From: an uncultured Spirochaetota bacterium
Lineage (GTDB): Bacteria; Spirochaetota; Spirochaetia; SZUA-6; Fen-1364
Assembly (NCBI GenBank): GCA_963745235.1
Contig: CAVUXE010000080.1
Coordinates: 1 to 20,264 of the forward strand
Length of the DNA: 20,264 nt
Direction of reading: 5' to 3'
Shown here: positions 18,041-20,264 of the stretch, piece by piece
Layout of the letters: every line of letters begins with the position of its first letter
Position numbering within the stretch: the stretch's first letter is position 1
The notes under the pieces: model-generated
Databases searched by the model: none
What the model was told of the DNA's origin: nothing
What the model saw: the letters and a program-made list of their open reading frames with translations, nothing else
Position numbers and translations under genes: made by a program

Positions 18041-19444
18041 CTACGGCGCGCCGATCAAGACCGGGGTCAGCGGCGGCTGGGACATGTCCAGGCTCAGGCC
18101 CATGTCATTCGCCTCCGCGTCCCGGGTTGACAGCGGCGACACTCCGAACTGCCTCTCCATGAGCTTCAGCACAGCGGAAAAGTCGTAGGTCGTGTGATCA
18201 ACGTTCCCGGGCCGCGCTCGCGAAGAGATGACCAGGGCGGGCACTCTGATCCCGTAGCCTTGCCCGTCCACCAGGGGCGGAGGCACATGGTCATAGAACC
18301 CTCCGTACTCATCCCAGGAAACAACAAGCACGGTGGTGCGCCAGTACGGGCTCTTCATCAGGGCGTTGGCAACGGCGGTCACGTACCACATCCCGACGCG
18401 GATATCCGTCAGGGGATGCTCGCTTTCCTCCGGGTTCGGGAACAACCATGCCACCGACGGGAGGTCCCCCGCGCGCAGGTCCCGGAAGAACTGGGCGTTG
18501 GGCACGAGGCGGGATCGCAGCGCCTCGCTCTTCATCACGGAGCTGAAACCTGAGAACGGGTCAAGCGGCGAAAAGGATCCTGCGTTTGCACCTCCGTCAT
18601 AAACCTTCCAGGAGACCCCCGCCTGCTCCAGCCGCTCCGCGAGGCTGGGAAACCCGTAGCCCCCGGCCGGCGGCATGATCCGGTTGGCGGTGACGTCCCC
18701 TGCGCTGGCGGCCAGTGCGAAGAGATGGTTGGGAAGCGACGGTCCGGTGGACGAGCAGAAGAACCTGTCAGCAAGCGTGAAATGCCGCGCATACGCCCAG
18801 TAGTTGGGTATGTCGGATCCGTCATAGTACCCCATCGTTTGCGTCGAGTGCTCCGCGGACACGAACCTGTCCATTGCACCGCCGTTGACCGCGGCCTGGA
18901 CCGTTGCCTTGCCGTGAGGGAGGTTCCCCGTTCGTGGTGAGCTCAGGTGAAACGGCGCCACCCCCTCGACCTTCGTGCCCGGGGGAATCCCATCAACCCC
19001 GGGAAAAGTGCCGAAGTAGTTGTCGAAGGAATGGTTCTCCTGCAAGAGGAAGAGAACATGCTGTATTCTGTCCTGGCTCTCCGAGAGGCTTTCCACACGG
19101 GGCCATGGAGAGCCGCCCGAGGCGCGGAGGCTCTGCGCCCGGAGAATCCCGTCTCGCATTGTTCCCGACACATCGACGATCTTCCCGGCATCCAGCGCAC
19201 CGAGCTGTGCCGCGGGGACCTGGACCATGAATATCGTCCTGGATCGTTCATCCTGGACCGCCGCCAATGTGCCAGTGCTATCGAGGATAGTCCCGCGGAT
19301 CCCGTCCGCTTCCACCTGCTCGCTGCGGCCCAGGCCTCCCAGCTGGCCCACCAGGCCGCTGCCGAATCCAAGGCATGCCGCCAGTCCGGCGGAGAAGATC
19401 CCGATGGTGAGGATTCTGGGGATGGCGGACCTTGTTTCTGACAC
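18041..19444 (-). CDS. Exported phosphoesterase (phospholipase C/AcpA acid phosphatase family) with extra N-terminal domain
   Basis: '[19 protein letters not shown]', 'GPSLPNHL', 'SEHP', '[14 protein letters not shown]', '[10 protein letters not shown]'. N-terminal hydrophobic segment. Start uncertain (GTG 19444 chosen; the ORF extends to 19492). Confidence 0.88.
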   Translation of the reverse strand: MSETRSAIPRILTIGIFSAGLAACLGFGSGLVGQLGGLGRSEQVEADGIRGTILDSTGTLAAVQDERSRTIFMVQVPAAQLGALDAGKIVDVSGTMRDGILRAQSLRASGGSPWPRVESLSESQDRIQHVLFLLQENHSFDNYFGTFPGVDGIPPGTKVEGVAPFHLSSPRTGNLPHGKATVQAAVNGGAMDRFVSAEHSTQTMGYYDGSDIPNYWAYARHFTLADRFFCSSTGPSLPNHLFALAASAGDVTANRIMPPAGGYGFPSLAERLEQAGVSWKVYDGGANAGSFSPLDPFSGFSSVMKSEALRSRLVPNAQFFRDLRAGDLPSVAWLFPNPEESEHPLTDIRVGMWYVTAVANALMKSPYWRTTVLVVSWDEYGGFYDHVPPPLVDGQGYGIRVPALVISSRARPGNVDHTTYDFSAVLKLMERQFGVSPLSTRDAEANDMGLSLDMSQPPLTPVLIGAP

Positions 19445-19501
19445 GTCTCTGTTATGAAATGTTAATTGGACTCTTTCAAACCGGGCAAGCAAATTTTACC
19501 C

Positions 19502-20264
19502 ATGAAGCGAATCCTCGTGTGCGTCCTTGGAGTGGCGGCGCTGGGCGCCGCGGCATGGGCGGACCCGCCCGCGCGCGTGGGCCGGCTCAGCTATCTCGAT
19601 GGAAGCGTCACGCTGAACTCGGGGCCCGCGACGCTGAACTATCCACTGACCACGGGAAACCAGCTGTCCACGGCCGCCCAGTCTCGCGCTGAGGTCCAGA
19701 TAGGTTCAGCCGCGGTGCAACTTGCTTCTGACACAGGGCTCACGTTCGAGACCCTGGACGACCAGGCTGTCCAGATCCGCCTGGACAAGGGGCGCGTCAG
19801 CATCAAGCTGCGCCGCCTGGGACCGGATCAGAGCTTCGAAATTGACACCCCGACCGCAAGCATTTCACTGACGGCGCCGGGGCAGTATCGCGTAGACCAG
19901 GACGAGTCCGGTGGCGCTGTTGTCATCACGCGCGAAGGTGACGCGCAGGTGACTGGCGGGCAGTCGGCTTTCCACGTTGGACCCGGGGAGAAGGCCGACA
20001 TCCCCGCTTCGGGTCCGGATGCGTATCAGATCTCCAGCGCGCCTCCGCCTGACTCCTGGGACCAGTGGGTTTCCGAACGCGACTCCCGGCAGGACCGGGT
20101 CGCCTCCACGCGGTACGTCTCCAGCGAGATGGACGGCGTGGGTGATCTGGATGATACGGCGGCTGGAGCGTGGTGGCAGGCTACGGTCCTGTCTGGTTCC
20201 CCACGACGGTGGCCGTCGGCTGGGCGCCGTATTCGTTCGGGCATTGGGTCTGGCGGTCCCGTGG
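19502..20264 (+). CDS. Secreted FecR-like/DUF6600-domain protein, truncated by the window edge; apparent -1 frameshift ~20155
   Basis: Manual translation (absent from the ORF track): MKRILVCVLGVAALGAAAWA|DPPARVGRLSYLDGSV...RAEVQIG...FEIDTP...PGQYRVD...DSWDQWVSERD. After a one-base shift it continues DLDDYGGW...YGPVWFP...GWAPYSFGHWVW. Confidence 0.8.
   Translation, partial: MKRILVCVLGVAALGAAAWADPPARVGRLSYLDGSVTLNSGPATLNYPLTTGNQLSTAAQSRAEVQIGSAAVQLASDTGLTFETLDDQAVQIRLDKGRVSIKLRRLGPDQSFEIDTPTASISLTAPGQYRVDQDESGGAVVITREGDAQVTGGQSAFHVGPGEKADIPASGPDAYQISSAPPPDSWDQWVSERDSRQDRVASTRYVSSEMDGVGDLDDTAAGAWWQATVLSGSPRRWPSAGRRIRSGIGSGGPV

Noticed and set aside
19610-19640. Direct repeat ACGCTGAACT x2 (21-bp spacing) inside the DUF6600-like gene
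   Set aside because: It is in frame (TLN..TLN) with only two copies and no sign of a target-site duplication or mobile element.
51-19692. Numerous long alternative-frame and antisense ORFs (e.g. 51..956, 620..1345, 5034..5981, 10451..11551, 16019..16927)
   Set aside because: They are Arg/Pro/Gly-rich shadows of real genes, as expected in high-GC DNA, and show no family motifs or RBS support.

Overview
GC-rich bacterial chromosomal window, probably from a diderm (Sec-type periplasmic proteins, a LolA-like protein and a probable beta-barrel). It is densely coding, and I see no RNA gene, mobile element or CRISPR array. Left to right: a DHA1 MFS transporter (-), divergent from an ArsR/SmtB repressor plus Zn/Cd-type P1B-ATPase with a clear operator; an XRE-cupin regulator plus acyl-CoA synthetase pair (-); a six-gene PadR-led envelope transport operon (LolD-like ATPase, two FtsX/MacB-like permeases, LolA-like periplasmic protein, putative outer-membrane barrel) behind a palindromic, 15-bp-periodic operator; an uncharacterised catabolic cluster (amidohydrolase_2, atypical NagB-like enzyme, PfkB kinase, CUT1 sugar ABC binding protein and two permeases, no ATPase); an exported phosphoesterase with an extra N-terminal domain (-); and a truncated FecR/DUF6600-like secreted protein (+) that the ORF track misses. 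About 20 single-base frameshifts break 9 genes. They are most likely long-read indel errors, so these genes are reported as rejoined CDSs. The best candidates for undescribed systems are the PadR/Lol-like/barrel operon and the amidohydrolase-NagB-like-PfkB-ABC pathway. Family assignments come from motif recognition, not from database searches.
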